Counted from the stretch's first letter, positions 34,288-46,178 are shown. The stretch is DNA of 64,000 nt from Candidatus Aminicenantes bacterium (GCA_963719985.1 CAVRDU010000005.1:1156432-1220431); one strand, 5' to 3'. Program-made: numbers and translations. Notes: a model not told the origin generated them from the letters alone.

Positions 34288-35708
34288 ATGAAAAAGAAGG
34301 TCATCTGGATCATCGTCGCCCTGGTCGTCGTGGCCGGGGCCATCCTCGGCCTGACCGTCTTCCGCAACGGGAAGGACGGCAAGGTCGAATATCGGACCGA
34401 GGCCGTCAGCCGGGGCGACATCGAGGCCCTGGTCGTCACGTCCGGGACGCTCAATCCTCTCGAGACGGTCGACGTCGGGGCCCAGGTCTCGGGCAAGATC
34501 GTCGAGCTCTACGCCGACTTCAACTCCCAGGTCACCAAGGGCCAGGTCGTGGCCGAGCTCGACCAGGAGCCCCTGAAGATGAAGATCGACCAGAACGAGG
34601 CCAACTACAAGAGCCGCGTCGCTTCTCTGGACCGGTCCAAGGTCAACCTGCAGACCGCCGAGAAGAACCTCGAGCGGGCCAAGTCGCCTCTTCGCCAAGG
34701 ACCTCATCTCGATCGAGGAGATGGACGCCGCCGAGGCGAACTACCTCAACGCCAAGAGCGACCTCGTCTCCGCCGAGGCCAGCCTGGCCCAGGCCAAGAG
34801 CACGCTCGACCTGAGCAAGGTCGACCTCGGATACGCCGTCATCAAGGCGCCGGTCGACGGGGTCGTCATCACCCGGAAGGTCAACATCGGCCAGACCCTC
34901 CAGTCGAGCTACCAGGCCCCGGTCCTGTTCCAGGTGGCCACCGACCTGACCAAGATGAAGGTCGAGTGCAGCGTCGACGAGTCCGACATCGGCAAGGTCA
35001 AGGAAGGGCAGAAGGTCCGGTTCACGGTCGAAGCTTACCCCACCGAGAACTTCAACGGCATCGTCCAGCAGGTCCGCTTCTCGCCCGAGACCGTCCAGAA
35101 CGTCGTCACGTACACGACGATCGTCAGCGTCGAGAACCCCGCGAAGAAGCTCCTCCCCGGCATGACGGCGACGGTGTCCATCATCGTCGGCGAGGCCAAG
35201 AACGTCCTCCGGGTCCCCAACGCCGCCCTCCGGTTCACGCCCATCCTCACTCCCGAGGAGATGGAGAAGCTGCTGACGGAGATGCGGGACAAGCTGATGG
35301 CCCAGCGACAGGCCGAAGGCGGCCAGCCGGCCGGCGCCCAGCCGGGCGCCAAGGTCAGCGGCGGGGCCGCTCCGGCCGCGGCCCGGCCGCAAGGCCAGGG
35401 CGGGCGCGATGATGTTTCCGGGCCAGGGCGGCGGCGAAGGCCAGGCCGGCCGGGCCCGCCAGCAGGCGCCCCGGATCTGGATCAAGGGAGAGAACGGGAA
35501 GCTCCTGCCGGTCATGGTCCGGACGGGCGTCGCGGACACAAGCTACACGGAGATCGCCCGGGCCATCGGCGCCGAGCTCAAGGAGGGCGATGTCCTCGTC
35601 ACCGGAACGCTGACGGCGTCGTCCAGGACAACGAACACCGGCATGAACCAGATGATGTTCATGGGCGGCCCGGCGCCGGCGGTAGGCTCGGCCCGGCTGA
35701 GGAGAACG
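34288..35708 (+). CDS. macA: MacA/HlyD-family efflux periplasmic adaptor; two +1 frameshifts (near 34683 and 35398), likely assembly indels
   Basis: The N-terminal part is in frame 1, the middle in frame 2 (from 34721) and the C-terminal part in frame 3 (from about 35400). No in-frame stop separates it from the macB ATG. Confidence 0.8.
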
Positions 35709-35711
35709 ACC

Positions 35712-36397
35712 ATGCCCGGAAACGTCATAGAGCTGCAGAACCTGATCAAGACCTATCACATCGGCGAGACCCAGGTCAGAGCCCTGCGCGGCGTATCCTA
35801 CTCGATCGCCGCGGGGGAGTTCCTGGCCATCATGGGCCCGTCGGGATCGGGCAAGTCGACCTTGATGAACATCCTCGGCTGCCTGGACCGCCCGACCTCG
35901 GGAGAGTACATCCTCGACGGCGAGGAGGTCTCCACGTTCGACAAGAACAAGCTGGCCCGCGTCCGGAACCGTAAGATCGGATTCGTGTTCCAGAGCTACA
36001 ACCTCCTGGCCCGGACGACGGCCCTCGAGAACACCGAGCTGCCGCTTCTCTATTCGACCACGAACGGCCAGGACGTGACGAAGCGGGCCCTGGCCTCTCT
36101 CGCCGCCGTCGGCCTCAGCGACCGGGCCCACCACAAGACGAACCAGCTCTCGGGGGGCGAGCAGCAGCGGGTGGCCATCGCCCGGGCCCTGCTCAACAAC
36201 CCGACCCTGATCCTGGCCGACGAGCCGACGGGGAACCTGGACAGCAAGACGTCGTCGGAGGTCATGAACATCTTCAAGACCCTCAACGAGGACAAGGGCA
36301 TGACCATCGTCATGGTCACCCACGAGCCCGACATCGCCGCCTGGGCCCGGGCCCGGATCTACCTCAAGGACGGGCTCATCGTCGGGGAGGAGCGGTC

Positions 36398-36401
<4 letters not shown>
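35712..36401 (+). CDS. macB: ABC transporter ATP-binding protein (MacB/LolD family)
   Basis: Walker A (GPSGSGKST), the ABC signature (LSGGEQQRVAIARAL) and Walker B (ILADEPTGNLD) are present. Confidence 0.93.
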
Positions 36402-37642
<1,241 letters not shown>

Positions 37643-37693
37643 GCGCCGCCGGTCCCGCCGAGGGGCCGCCGGATGACGTTAAGGAGTATGACC

Positions 37694-39268
37694 ATGATGA
37701 AAAAGCTGATCCTGCCTATCATAGCCGTTTCCCTCGCCCTGGCCCCGGCCGTTCCGGCCCAGGAGGCCCAGGGCCCGACGCTGTCGATCTCTCTCGACGA
37801 GTGCATCGCCAGGGCCCTCAAGGACAACCTGGGCGTCGCCATCCAGGTGCTCGGGCCCCAGATCTCGTCGGAAGGGCTCAACCAGGCCCAGGCCAAGTAC
37901 ATCCCGACCCTGAGCATGAGCCTCAGCACGAGGAAATCGGAGAACGCCTCCTATTCCTATCTGGACGCGACCGACAGCCTCATCGACAAGACCCAGAACT
38001 TCACCTTCATGAACGCCAGCCAGAGCCTGCCGACCGGCGGGACCATGACACTGGACTTCACCGGATACCGGACGACGACGAACCGGAGAGGGACGACGAT
38101 CGACCCCCGCTACAGCACGACCCTGAGGTTCAGCCTCAGCCAGCCGTTGCTCAGGAACTTCGGCTTCAAGACGGCCCGGCGAGAGATCCTCGTGGCCACG
38201 AACAACCTCGGCGTTTCCGAGGAGACCCTCAAGAGGACCCTGCAGGAGACCGTCTACAGCGTCGAGAGCGCCTACTGGAACCTCGTCTACAGCATCGAGA
38301 ACCTGGAGGTACGGCGCCAGTCCCTGGCGCTGGCCAAGGACCTCCTCGAGAAGAACCAGCGATCGGTCGAGGTCGGGACCCTGGCCCCGATAGAGGTTCT
38401 GAGCGCCCGGGCCGAGGTGGCCACCCGCGAGGCCGACCTCATCCAGGCGGAGACCCAGATCCAGAGCAGCGAGGACGCCCTCCGGCTGCTCCTCAACCTC
38501 ACCGAGGGCGAGGGCCAGCCCGTGACAGCGCTCGTGCCCAAGGACAAGCCGACGTACCTCGCGAGAGAGGTCGACCTCGAGGAAGCCCTGGCCGCCGCCG
38601 TCCAGAACCGGACCGACCTCGAGATCTCCCGGATCGGCCTCGAGACGGAGAAGATCAACCTCAGCTACGCCAAGAACCAGGTCCTGCCCGACCTCAACCT
38701 GTCGGCGTCCTACTCCAGCCCGGGCATCGACGGGACCCAGATCGTCTACATCGGCAACCCTCTCGACGGGATCATCGACTACACCATTCCCGGAGATATC
38801 AGCGGCGCCCTGAAGCAGACCGCCAGGTTCCAATACCCGAACTGGAACCTCGGGCTGACCCTGAACATCCCTCTGGCCAACGTCTTCTCCCGGGCCTCTC
38901 TGGCCCAGGCCCGGCTGAACATGCGCCAGGCTATGCTCGAGATCGAGAACCAGAAGGAGCAGGTCTACGTCGAGATCAAGAACGCCGTCCGCGCCGTCCA
39001 GGCCAACTATAAAAGGATCCTCGCCTTCGGCACGGCCCGGCAGCTCGCCGAGCAGAAGCTCGCGGCCGAGGAGGAGAAGCGCCGGGTCGGCATGAGCACG
39101 AACTACATGGTCCTGTCCTATCAGAGGGACCTGGCCAACGCCCGGATCTCCGAGCTCAACGCCATCATCTCCTACAACGTCTCCCTCGCCTCGCTGGAGA
39201 GGTCGATGGGGACGAACCTCAAGTCGAAGAACATCAACCTGTCCGGAATCGCCCCGGGCCTCGATTGA
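37694..39268 (+). CDS. TolC-family outer membrane efflux protein
   Basis: It has a signal peptide, two repeat halves with outer membrane efflux protein motifs, and an AGGAG RBS. Confidence 0.85.
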   Translation: MMKKLILPIIAVSLALAPAVPAQEAQGPTLSISLDECIARALKDNLGVAIQVLGPQISSEGLNQAQAKYIPTLSMSLSTRKSENASYSYLDATDSLIDKTQNFTFMNASQSLPTGGTMTLDFTGYRTTTNRRGTTIDPRYSTTLRFSLSQPLLRNFGFKTARREILVATNNLGVSEETLKRTLQETVYSVESAYWNLVYSIENLEVRRQSLALAKDLLEKNQRSVEVGTLAPIEVLSARAEVATREADLIQAETQIQSSEDALRLLLNLTEGEGQPVTALVPKDKPTYLAREVDLEEALAAAVQNRTDLEISRIGLETEKINLSYAKNQVLPDLNLSASYSSPGIDGTQIVYIGNPLDGIIDYTIPGDISGALKQTARFQYPNWNLGLTLNIPLANVFSRASLAQARLNMRQAMLEIENQKEQVYVEIKNAVRAVQANYKRILAFGTARQLAEQKLAAEEEKRRVGMSTNYMVLSYQRDLANARISELNAIISYNVSLASLERSMGTNLKSKNINLSGIAPGLD

Positions 39269-39300
39269 GCCCCGGCGTCTCCTGTCGTTGGACCCCGTCC

Positions 39301-39355
39301 GCCGGGGCGCCGCGAGGCGGCCTCCCGGACGGGGTCTTCTCTTCGCCCGCCGCCT
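39301..39355 (+). terminator. Hairpin (GACCCCGTCCG ... CGGACGGGGTC) followed by a TTCTCTTCG tract downstream of tolC
   Basis: An 11-bp inverted repeat with a structured 24-nt loop is followed by a pyrimidine-rich tract. Confidence 0.35.
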
Positions 39356-39451
39356 CGGCCGGCGGGTCTCCTTGCGTTCGCGGCGCGGCTGTGCTATGCT
39401 CGGATCAAAGGGTGATCGAGCCAGCCCAAACCAGCTTTGGGAGAATCTTCC

Positions 39452-39796
39452 ATGAACAGAAGGCTGATACGGCCTAACCTCACCGAGATCAAGGAACGGA
39501 TGAGCCAGGACAAGGACCGGGAGAAGGAGGCCTCGCGGAAGCGGATGCATCCGCCGACCGACACTTTCGCCGAGAGCTACTACTACCTCAAGCAGATGAA
39601 CAAGAAGACCCCGGTGGCCGTCGTCTACACGAGCGGCGAGGCCGTCGAGGGCTACATCGAGTGGTACGACCGCAACTGCATCAAGCTCAACCGGGACGAC
39701 GCTCCGAACCTCCTCATCTACAAGGCCAGCATCCGCTGCGTCTACAAGGTCGGCGAGGCCCCCGAGCCCGAAGGCGAGCCCTCCGGCGGGAAATGA
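39452..39796 (+). CDS. Sm-like (Hfq-like) protein with an N-terminal extension
   Basis: The segment VAVVYTSGEAVEGYIEWYDRNCIKLNRDDAPNLLIYKASI parallels the Hfq Sm1/Sm2 pattern ([39 protein letters not shown]). The stop overlaps the pdxA start. Confidence 0.55.
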   Translation: MNRRLIRPNLTEIKERMSQDKDREKEASRKRMHPPTDTFAESYYYLKQMNKKTPVAVVYTSGEAVEGYIEWYDRNCIKLNRDDAPNLLIYKASIRCVYKVGEAPEPEGEPSGGK

Positions 39797-40770
39797 CGGT
39801 CCCCAGGATCGGGCTCGCCGCCGGCGATCCCGGCGGCGTCGGGCCTGAGATCGTCGTCAAGACCCTGGCCCGTTCCGACCTCCTCCCTTCGGCCGCCTAT
39901 GTCCTGTTCGCGGACCCCCGAAGCGTCGAAGCCGAAGAGCGCCGCCTCGGCCTCCGGCTCGAGCTCCTCCCCTGGCGCCCCGCAGAGCCGGCCGAAGCGG
40001 GACTGTTCCTAGCTCCCGTACCCGGGCCGGCCGGCCCCTTCGAACGCGGCCGCGTTTCGGCGGCGAACGGCGAGGCCTCCTTCCGGTCGTTCGAGGCGGC
40101 CGTCGCCGAGGCCCGAGGCGGCCGGCTCGATGCCTTGGTCACCGCGCCGGTCTCGAAGGCGGCTTGGAACCTGGCCGGACACCCCTTCCAGGGGCACACG
40201 GACTACCTGGCCCGGCTCTACCCGGGCGCCCTCATGACCTTTTGGTCGGAACGGCTCAGGATCGCCCTGTTCAGCCACCACCGACCCCTCGGCGAGGCCG
40301 TCGCGGCCGTCCGCAAGGACGCGCTCCTCGCCTTTTTCCGGGCTCTCCACCGGGCACTCGGAAAAGTCCCCGGGGGCCCGTTCCGGCTGCTGGTAGCCGG
40401 GCTGAACCCGCACGCCGGCGAGGAGGGCGGGCTCGGCCGGGAGGAGATCGAGGAGATCGGGCCGGCCGTGGCTGCCGCGGCGGCCGAGGGGATCCCGGTA
40501 AGCGGCCCGTTCCCGCCGGACGCCGTCTTCCTGAGAGCGTTGGGGAAAGCCGGAACCGTCGTCGTCGCCCTCTACCACGACCAGGGGCTCATCGCCTTCA
40601 AGCTCGAGGCCTTCGCCACGGGGGTCAACGCGACCCTCGGGCTGCCGTTCGTCCGGACGTCCCCGGACCATGGGACGGCCTTCGACATCGCCGGGCGTGG
40701 GGTGGCCGATACCCGCAGCCTGGAGGAGGCGGTCCGCCTGGCGGCGGCCTTCAGCGCGACCGGTGCTTGA
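39793..40770 (+). CDS. pdxA: 4-hydroxythreonine-4-phosphate dehydrogenase
   Basis: PdxA family motifs are present (GDPGGVGPEI, TAPVSKAAW, GHTDYLA). Confidence 0.88.
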   Translation: MTVPRIGLAAGDPGGVGPEIVVKTLARSDLLPSAAYVLFADPRSVEAEERRLGLRLELLPWRPAEPAEAGLFLAPVPGPAGPFERGRVSAANGEASFRSFEAAVAEARGGRLDALVTAPVSKAAWNLAGHPFQGHTDYLARLYPGALMTFWSERLRIALFSHHRPLGEAVAAVRKDALLAFFRALHRALGKVPGGPFRLLVAGLNPHAGEEGGLGREEIEEIGPAVAAAAAEGIPVSGPFPPDAVFLRALGKAGTVVVALYHDQGLIAFKLEAFATGVNATLGLPFVRTSPDHGTAFDIAGRGVADTRSLEEAVRLAAAFSATGA

Positions 40771-41203
40771 GCGCGGCCCGGATCTCCCGGTCCGCGTCCC
40801 TCTTCTTGATGGCCTCGCGCTTCTCGTGCTCGCGCTTTCCCCGGGCGAGGGCGAGCTCCAGCTTGATCCGTCCCCTGTCGCCGACGAAGACGCGCGTCGG
40901 GACGATGGTCAGGCCGCGCTCCTGGGTCTTCCCGGCCAGCCGCTTGATCTCGCGGCGGTGGAGCAGGAGCTTGCGGTCGCGGAGAGGATCGTGGTTGAAG
41001 ATGTTGGCCGCCTCGTAGGGGCTGATGTGGCACTTGACCAGGAAGACCTCGGTCCCGCGGACTTCGGCGTAGCTCTCCTTGAGCGAGACCCGGCCGGCCC
41101 GGACCGATTTGACCTCGCTGCCGACGAGGGCCATCCCGGCCTCGAAGGTCTCGAGCACGAGGTAGTCGTGGGAGACGGACTTGTTGACGGCCAGCGTCTT
41201 CAT
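40751..41203 (-). CDS. smpB: SsrA-binding protein
   Basis: The 150-aa protein has the SmpB signature (NKSVSHDYLVLETFEAGMALVGSEVKS) throughout. Confidence 0.93.
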   Translation of the reverse strand: MKTLAVNKSVSHDYLVLETFEAGMALVGSEVKSVRAGRVSLKESYAEVRGTEVFLVKCHISPYEAANIFNHDPLRDRKLLLHRREIKRLAGKTQERGLTIVPTRVFVGDRGRIKLELALARGKREHEKREAIKKRDADREIRAALKHRSR

Positions 41204-42474
41204 TTCAAGACCGATCCGCCGCCTGCCACGGGAGCGATCTCGATGAGGCTGATGTGCCGCTTGGACATCTTCTCGACGGTCAGCCGGAAACCGCCGAACT
41301 CCAGGGAATCCTTCTCGCGGGGCAGGCGCCCGAACGCGTAGAGGAAGAACCCGGCGATGGTCGTGTAGTCCCGCTTCTCGGGGGCGCCCAGGGCGAAGAG
41401 GGCGTTGACGTCCTTGACCGGCGCGGCGCCGGCGACGACGACGCGGCCGCCGTCGCGGCGGGAGTACCAGTCCTCGGACTGCCCGTCGTGCTCGTCCTGG
41501 ATCTCGCCGACGATCTCCTCGATGATGTCCTCGAGGGTCACAAGCCCGTCGACGTTGCCGAACTCGTCGACGACGAGGGCCATGTGGACGGCCTTCTCCT
41601 GCATCTGGAGCAGGACCTTCTCGAGCGAAGCGAGCTCGGGGACGAAGAACGGCTTGCGCAGGATGTCCTGCACGGAAAACTCTTTGTTGTCAATTAGATG
41701 GCCGATGACGTCCTTGCTGTGGACGACCCCCTCGATGTTGTCGAGGCGGCCCCGGTAGACCGGATAGCGCGAGTAGCCGCTCGACCGGACGGCCTCGATG
41801 ACCGCCGCGCGGCCGGATTCGATCTCGATGGCTTTGACCTCGGGGCGCGGGACCATGACCTCCTTGACCGGCCGGGAGCCGATGTCGAGCGCGCCGGAAA
41901 CGATCCGGCGCCGGAGCGCGGACAGGCCGCGCGTCCCGGCGTGGATGGCGATGCGCGTCTCCTCTTCGTTGAGGGAGCGGCCGGCGGTGTCCTTGGCCGT
42001 CCTCGACGAAGGCATGAGGATCCCGGTCAGGAGCGAGAAGAGCTTGACCACGGGGGCGAGCAGGAACATCGCCGCCCGGAGCGGATAGGCGAACAGGGTG
42101 GCCGTCCTGACCGCGTTGTGGGCGGCGAAGGTCTTGGGATTGATCTCGGCGAACACGAGCAACAGGAGCGTCGTCGCGACGGTGGCGTAGATGACCGACC
42201 GGCTCCGGTGCTCCTCCGGCAGGACGCTGGCGAACAGGGTCGTGGCCAGGGAGGCCGCGGCCGCGTTGACCAGGGTGTTCCCGATGAGGATCGTGGCCAG
42301 GAGATCGTTCGTCCTGGCCCGGATCCTCCGGGCCAGGCCGGCCGGCTTCGAGCCCTTCTTGTCGCGGTATTCGAGGGAGTAGGGATTGGCCGCGATATAG
42401 GCCGTCTCGGAGGAGGAGAAGAAGGCGCTCAGGACGAGGCACAGGATGAAAAGAAGGATCCCCGGCAGGATCAT
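41200..42474 (-). CDS. HlyC/CorC-family transporter (DUF21 plus CBS pair plus CorC_HlyC domains)
   Basis: It has an N-terminal DUF21 membrane domain, two CBS domains and a C-terminal transporter-associated domain. It is 424 aa. Confidence 0.88.
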   Translation of the reverse strand: MILPGILLFILCLVLSAFFSSSETAYIAANPYSLEYRDKKGSKPAGLARRIRARTNDLLATILIGNTLVNAAAASLATTLFASVLPEEHRSRSVIYATVATTLLLLVFAEINPKTFAAHNAVRTATLFAYPLRAAMFLLAPVVKLFSLLTGILMPSSRTAKDTAGRSLNEEETRIAIHAGTRGLSALRRRIVSGALDIGSRPVKEVMVPRPEVKAIEIESGRAAVIEAVRSSGYSRYPVYRGRLDNIEGVVHSKDVIGHLIDNKEFSVQDILRKPFFVPELASLEKVLLQMQEKAVHMALVVDEFGNVDGLVTLEDIIEEIVGEIQDEHDGQSEDWYSRRDGGRVVVAGAAPVKDVNALFALGAPEKRDYTTIAGFFLYAFGRLPREKDSLEFGGFRLTVEKMSKRHISLIEIAPVAGGGSVLK

Positions 42475-42484
42475 GGGCGTCGGA

Positions 42485-43003
42485 TCAGGCGGCGGCGCGG
42501 GCCTTGGCCGTCTTGAAGCAGCGGGAGAGGGTGTCCAGGAGCTTCTCCTCGACCTTGGACGACGGCGAGGCGGCTGCGAGCGAGATCTCGGACACGATGA
42601 GCTCCTTGGCCTTCTCCATCATCTTTTTCTCGCGGAACGAGAGGGGCTTGTGGAGGCTGAGGTAGTACAGGCTCTTCAGGACGGTGGCCATGTCGTAGAG
42701 CGTGCCCGACTTCATCAGGTTGAGGTGCTCCTTGTAGCGCCCCTTCCAGTCCGTCGTGACGTCGATATCGCCGTTCCCCATGAACTCGTAGATCTTCCGG
42801 ATGGACCCCTCCGTCACCGGGCGGCGGATGCCGATCTCGAAGGCCGTCGCGCTCGGCACGGTGACCAGGGTGTTGTTGGAGATGATCCGGAGGTGGAAGA
42901 CCATGAAGCTCTGGCCGTCGAAGGCCTGCTCGCGGATGCCTTCGATGACGCCCAGGCCCTGATTGGGATAAATGATCTTATCGCCGATCTTGAGAGATTT
43001 CAT
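42485..43003 (-). CDS. CarD/CdnL-family RNA polymerase-binding transcription factor
   Basis: It has a CarD N-terminal Tudor-like domain (KIGDKIIYPNQGLGVIEGI). Confidence 0.85.
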   Translation of the reverse strand: MKSLKIGDKIIYPNQGLGVIEGIREQAFDGQSFMVFHLRIISNNTLVTVPSATAFEIGIRRPVTEGSIRKIYEFMGNGDIDVTTDWKGRYKEHLNLMKSGTLYDMATVLKSLYYLSLHKPLSFREKKMMEKAKELIVSEISLAAASPSSKVEEKLLDTLSRCFKTAKARAAA

Positions 43004-43063
43004 GCCCGCCCATTATAACCGAAGCGGGGGGCCTGAGTCAACGCGAATTCCAGGCGGGCGGCC

Positions 43064-43092
43064 TTGACAGGCCCCTGGGCTTCGGGTAACAT
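43064..43092 (+). promoter_or_regulatory. Sigma70-like promoter for rpmH-rnpA (TTGACA, 17-nt spacer, TAACAT)
   Basis: The -35 element TTGACA lies at 43064-43069 and the -10 element TAACAT at 43087-43092. Confidence 0.5.
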
Positions 43093-43118
43093 ACTCCCTC
43101 CATAGGTACCCAAAGATC

Positions 43119-43256
43119 ATGAAGAGAACGTTTCAGCCGAACAACCGCAAGCGAAAGAAAACACATGGTTTCCGAGTCCGCATGAAGACCAAGGGCGGCC
43201 AGGAAGTCATCAAGAGCAGAAGGCGCAAAGGGAGAAAGCGCGTTTCTGTCGGATGA
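43119..43256 (+). CDS. rpmH: 50S ribosomal protein L34
   Basis: The sequence [28 protein letters not shown] is canonical L34. It is 45 aa and below the ORF-track cut-off. Confidence 0.9.
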   Translation: MKRTFQPNNRKRKKTHGFRVRMKTKGGQEVIKSRRRKGRKRVSVG

Positions 43257-43609
43257 ATGAGCGCCTGACCCCTGTCGAGAGAATCCGTAAGAAAGGCGAT
43301 TTTGCCGGCCTTTACAGACGGGGCAGCCGCTTCAGGGGAGGGTTTTTCACCCTGGTCTTCCTGAGAAACGGGCTCGGCCACAGCCGGTTGGCGGTCGTCG
43401 CCAGCCGGAAGGTCGGGTCCGCGGTCGTCAGGAACAGGGTCAAACGGAGGTTCCGGGAGCTCTTCCGGAGGGAAAAGGGGCTCCTGGGGGAACCGCTCGA
43501 TCTTATCGTCATAGCCCGGCCGGAGTCGGGCGGGGCCGCCTGGGCCGAGCTCCGGGACGCTTACACCTCGGCGTTGACAACGATAGGTCGTAAACGGATA
43601 TCATCGTGA
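43253..43609 (+). CDS. rnpA: RNase P protein component
   Basis: The RnpA RNR motif region ([19 protein letters not shown]) is present. The start overlaps the rpmH stop. Confidence 0.9.
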   Translation: MNERLTPVERIRKKGDFAGLYRRGSRFRGGFFTLVFLRNGLGHSRLAVVASRKVGSAVVRNRVKRRFRELFRREKGLLGEPLDLIVIARPESGGAAWAELRDAYTSALTTIGRKRISS

Positions 43610-43815
43610 AAGCTGTCGCGCTCCTCCTGATCAGGGCGTACCAAATGACTCTGTCCCCCCTTATCGGCAGCCATTGCCGGTACCACCCCACCTGCTCCGC
43701 CTACGCCCGGGAGGCCATCGAGAGACACGGCCTCCTCCGGGGCGTGTCCCTGGGCCTCCGCAGGCTCCTCAGATGCCATCCCTTCCACGCGGGCGGGATC
43801 GACCCCGTCCCCTGA
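43606..43815 (+). CDS. yidD: Membrane protein insertion efficiency factor YidD
   Basis: The motif [33 protein letters not shown] is present. Confidence 0.9.
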   Translation: MKAVALLLIRAYQMTLSPLIGSHCRYHPTCSAYAREAIERHGLLRGVSLGLRRLLRCHPFHAGGIDPVP

Positions 43816-43827
43816 GAGTGAGAGATC

Positions 43828-45489
43828 ATGGAGAAACGACTCGTCCTGGCCATCGTGCTGTCGTTCCTGGTGCTGATGGGCTATCAGTACCTGTTCAACA
43901 AGCCGGATAAGGCCGCCGTCAAACCGGCCGTTACGGCCGGCGACGTGCCCGCCGCGCCCATACCGGGGACCGCGGGCGAAGCCCGCACCGAAACGAATCC
44001 GGCCGCCTCCGAGGCCAAACCGGCCCCCGTCGAGCCCTCCCCGGCGCCGGCCACGGCCGCGGTGGCCGTCGAGGCCGAGGCCGAGGTCGTCGTCGAGACC
44101 AGCCTCTATCGGGCCGTCTGGTCCAACAAGGGCGGTGTCCTCAGGAGCTGGCAGCTCAAGGAGCACGAGGACAGCCGCAAGGAGCCGCTCGAGCTCGTCC
44201 CCGACCTGGCCCGCGAGATCGGCCGCTTTCCCTTTTCGCTGGGCCTCGACGACGCCGAGCTCGCCGGGCTCCTCAACTCGGCGCTGTTCGAGGCCTCGAC
44301 GGCCTCTCTCGACCTCGCGGACGGGGCGGGCGGAGAGCTCCGCTTCGCCTTCTCCGACGGCGCCTCGGTCCAGGCCGAGAAGGTCTTCCGCTTCACCGGA
44401 GGGAGCTACGCCTTGGATACCGAGGTCAGGGTCTGGAAGGACGGCCGCCCGGTCTCCCCTTCGGTCCTTTGGGGGCCGGGGATCAGCAACCTCACCGCCG
44501 CCGACATGAAGCAGAGCTTCAGCGCGGCCAGGGGTTCCGCGGTCTACACGGGCGGGAAGGTCTTCCGGATGAACGAACGGAAATTCAAACCCGGAGAGAA
44601 CACGTACAACTTCGTCGACTGGGCCGCCTACGAGGAGAACTACTTCGTCGCTCTGTTCGTGCTGCCCTCCCAGAAGGGCCAGGCGGCCTTCCTCCGCGAA
44701 TCGGCCGAAGGCCAGGCCCCGGTCCATTTCCTCTACGTGACCGAGCCGCGGCGGGCCTTCATCGGGCCCAAATCGGCCGACGTCCTCAAGGCCTTCGGTT
44801 CCGACGCGAAGAAGGTCGTCAACTTCGGGATGTTCGGCAGCATCGCCGAGATCCTCCTCGTGGCCGTCAAGTTCTTCCACAAGCTCGTCCCGAACTGGGG
44901 CGCCGCCATCATCCTCCTGACGATCGTCATCAAGATCCTGTTCTTCCCGCTGACCTACAGCTCGACGAAGTCGATGGCCAAGATGGCCGACCTCCAGCCG
45001 AAGATCAAGGCCATCCGGGCGAGATACAAGAAGTCCAAGACCGACATCGAGCAGCGCAAGCAGATGAACGAGGAGATGATGCGGCTCTACAAGGAGCAGG
45101 GCGTCAATCCGGCCGGCGGCTGCCTGCCCCTCCTCATCCAGCTGCCTGTGTTCTGGGGCGTCTTCCGGATGCTCGTCGTCGCCGTCGAGTTCCGCCACGC
45201 CCCCTTCGCCCTCTGGATCACCGACCTCTCCGTGAAGGACCCCTACTACGTGACGCCCATCCTCATGGGCATCACCCAGTTCATATCGCAGAAGATGACG
45301 CCGACCTCGGCCGACCCGTCGCAGGCCAAGATGATGCTCGTCATGCCCTTCATAATGACCATATTTTTCATCAACTTCCAGAGCGGCCTGGTCCTCTACT
45401 GGCTGACCACCAACGTCCTCCAGATCGGGCAGCAGGCCCTCATGAACAAGATGATGCACCGTCAGCCGGCCACCGCCAAAGCGAGATGA
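43828..45489 (+). CDS. yidC: Membrane protein insertase YidC
   Basis: It has an N-terminal TM helix, a periplasmic domain and a conserved C-terminal 5-TM core (LPLLIQLPVFWGVF). It is 553 aa. Confidence 0.95.
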   Translation: MEKRLVLAIVLSFLVLMGYQYLFNKPDKAAVKPAVTAGDVPAAPIPGTAGEARTETNPAASEAKPAPVEPSPAPATAAVAVEAEAEVVVETSLYRAVWSNKGGVLRSWQLKEHEDSRKEPLELVPDLAREIGRFPFSLGLDDAELAGLLNSALFEASTASLDLADGAGGELRFAFSDGASVQAEKVFRFTGGSYALDTEVRVWKDGRPVSPSVLWGPGISNLTAADMKQSFSAARGSAVYTGGKVFRMNERKFKPGENTYNFVDWAAYEENYFVALFVLPSQKGQAAFLRESAEGQAPVHFLYVTEPRRAFIGPKSADVLKAFGSDAKKVVNFGMFGSIAEILLVAVKFFHKLVPNWGAAIILLTIVIKILFFPLTYSSTKSMAKMADLQPKIKAIRARYKKSKTDIEQRKQMNEEMMRLYKEQGVNPAGGCLPLLIQLPVFWGVFRMLVVAVEFRHAPFALWITDLSVKDPYYVTPILMGITQFISQKMTPTSADPSQAKMMLVMPFIMTIFFINFQSGLVLYWLTTNVLQIGQQALMNKMMHRQPATAKAR

Positions 45490-46178
45490 TCATGAACAAC
45501 GAGACAAAACCCGAGACCCCGCAGCCGGCGGAAATCCAACCGGACGATACGAAGGCCGCTGACTCAAAGCCGGCCGAAGAGCGTCCGGAGTACTCCGGCC
45601 GAAACCTCGAGGAGGCGATCAGCCTGGCCGAGCACCGGCTGAAGCTGCCGCGCGAAAATTTCAACTACGAGATCGTCACGGAAAAGACGAGGCTCTTCGG
45701 CCTGAAGAGCAAGGAGATCGTCATCCGCGCCTGGGCCAAGGACGAGGCCGCCGGCGACGCCGCCGAGCGCTTTCTCGCCGAGCTCATGACCGTGTTCCCG
45801 CTGGACCTGACCTACCAGGTCAAGCGGCGCCCGGACATCGTCTTCGTCGTCTTCGACGGTCCGGACAAGGCCATGCTCCTGCGAAACGACGGCTCGCTCC
45901 TCCTCTCCCTGCAGCACGTCCTGAACAAGCTCTCGCCGGTCAAGGTCCAGGTGGACTGCGAGTTCTACCGTAAGCGCAAGGAGAAGAGGCTCAAGGAGTA
46001 CGGGCAGCGCGTCGCCCGGCAGGTCGCCGAGACCGGCCGCGAGGAGGTCCTCGACCTCATGAACCCGTACGAGCGTCGGATCATCCATATCGTCGCCAAC
46101 GAAGTTCCCGGCGTCACCAGCGAGAGCATCGGCGACGGGTTCCTCAAAAAGGTCAAGATCTTCAAGGCCCCTCGCTAG
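45486..46178 (+). CDS. jag: Jag/KhpB-family RNA-binding protein (KH and R3H domains)
   Basis: It has a C-terminal R3H motif (NPYERRIIHIVANEVPGVTSESIGDG) and lies directly after yidC. Confidence 0.85.
   Translation: MIMNNETKPETPQPAEIQPDDTKAADSKPAEERPEYSGRNLEEAISLAEHRLKLPRENFNYEIVTEKTRLFGLKSKEIVIRAWAKDEAAGDAAERFLAELMTVFPLDLTYQVKRRPDIVFVVFDGPDKAMLLRNDGSLLLSLQHVLNKLSPVKVQVDCEFYRKRKEKRLKEYGQRVARQVAETGREEVLDLMNPYERRIIHIVANEVPGVTSESIGDGFLKKVKIFKAPR

Noticed and set aside
40751-41203. Searched next to smpB and elsewhere for the tmRNA gene (ssrA)
   Set aside because: No tRNA-like 5' GGGG... and 3' ...TTCGA(A/T)TCC-NNNN-ACCA pair was found in the window.
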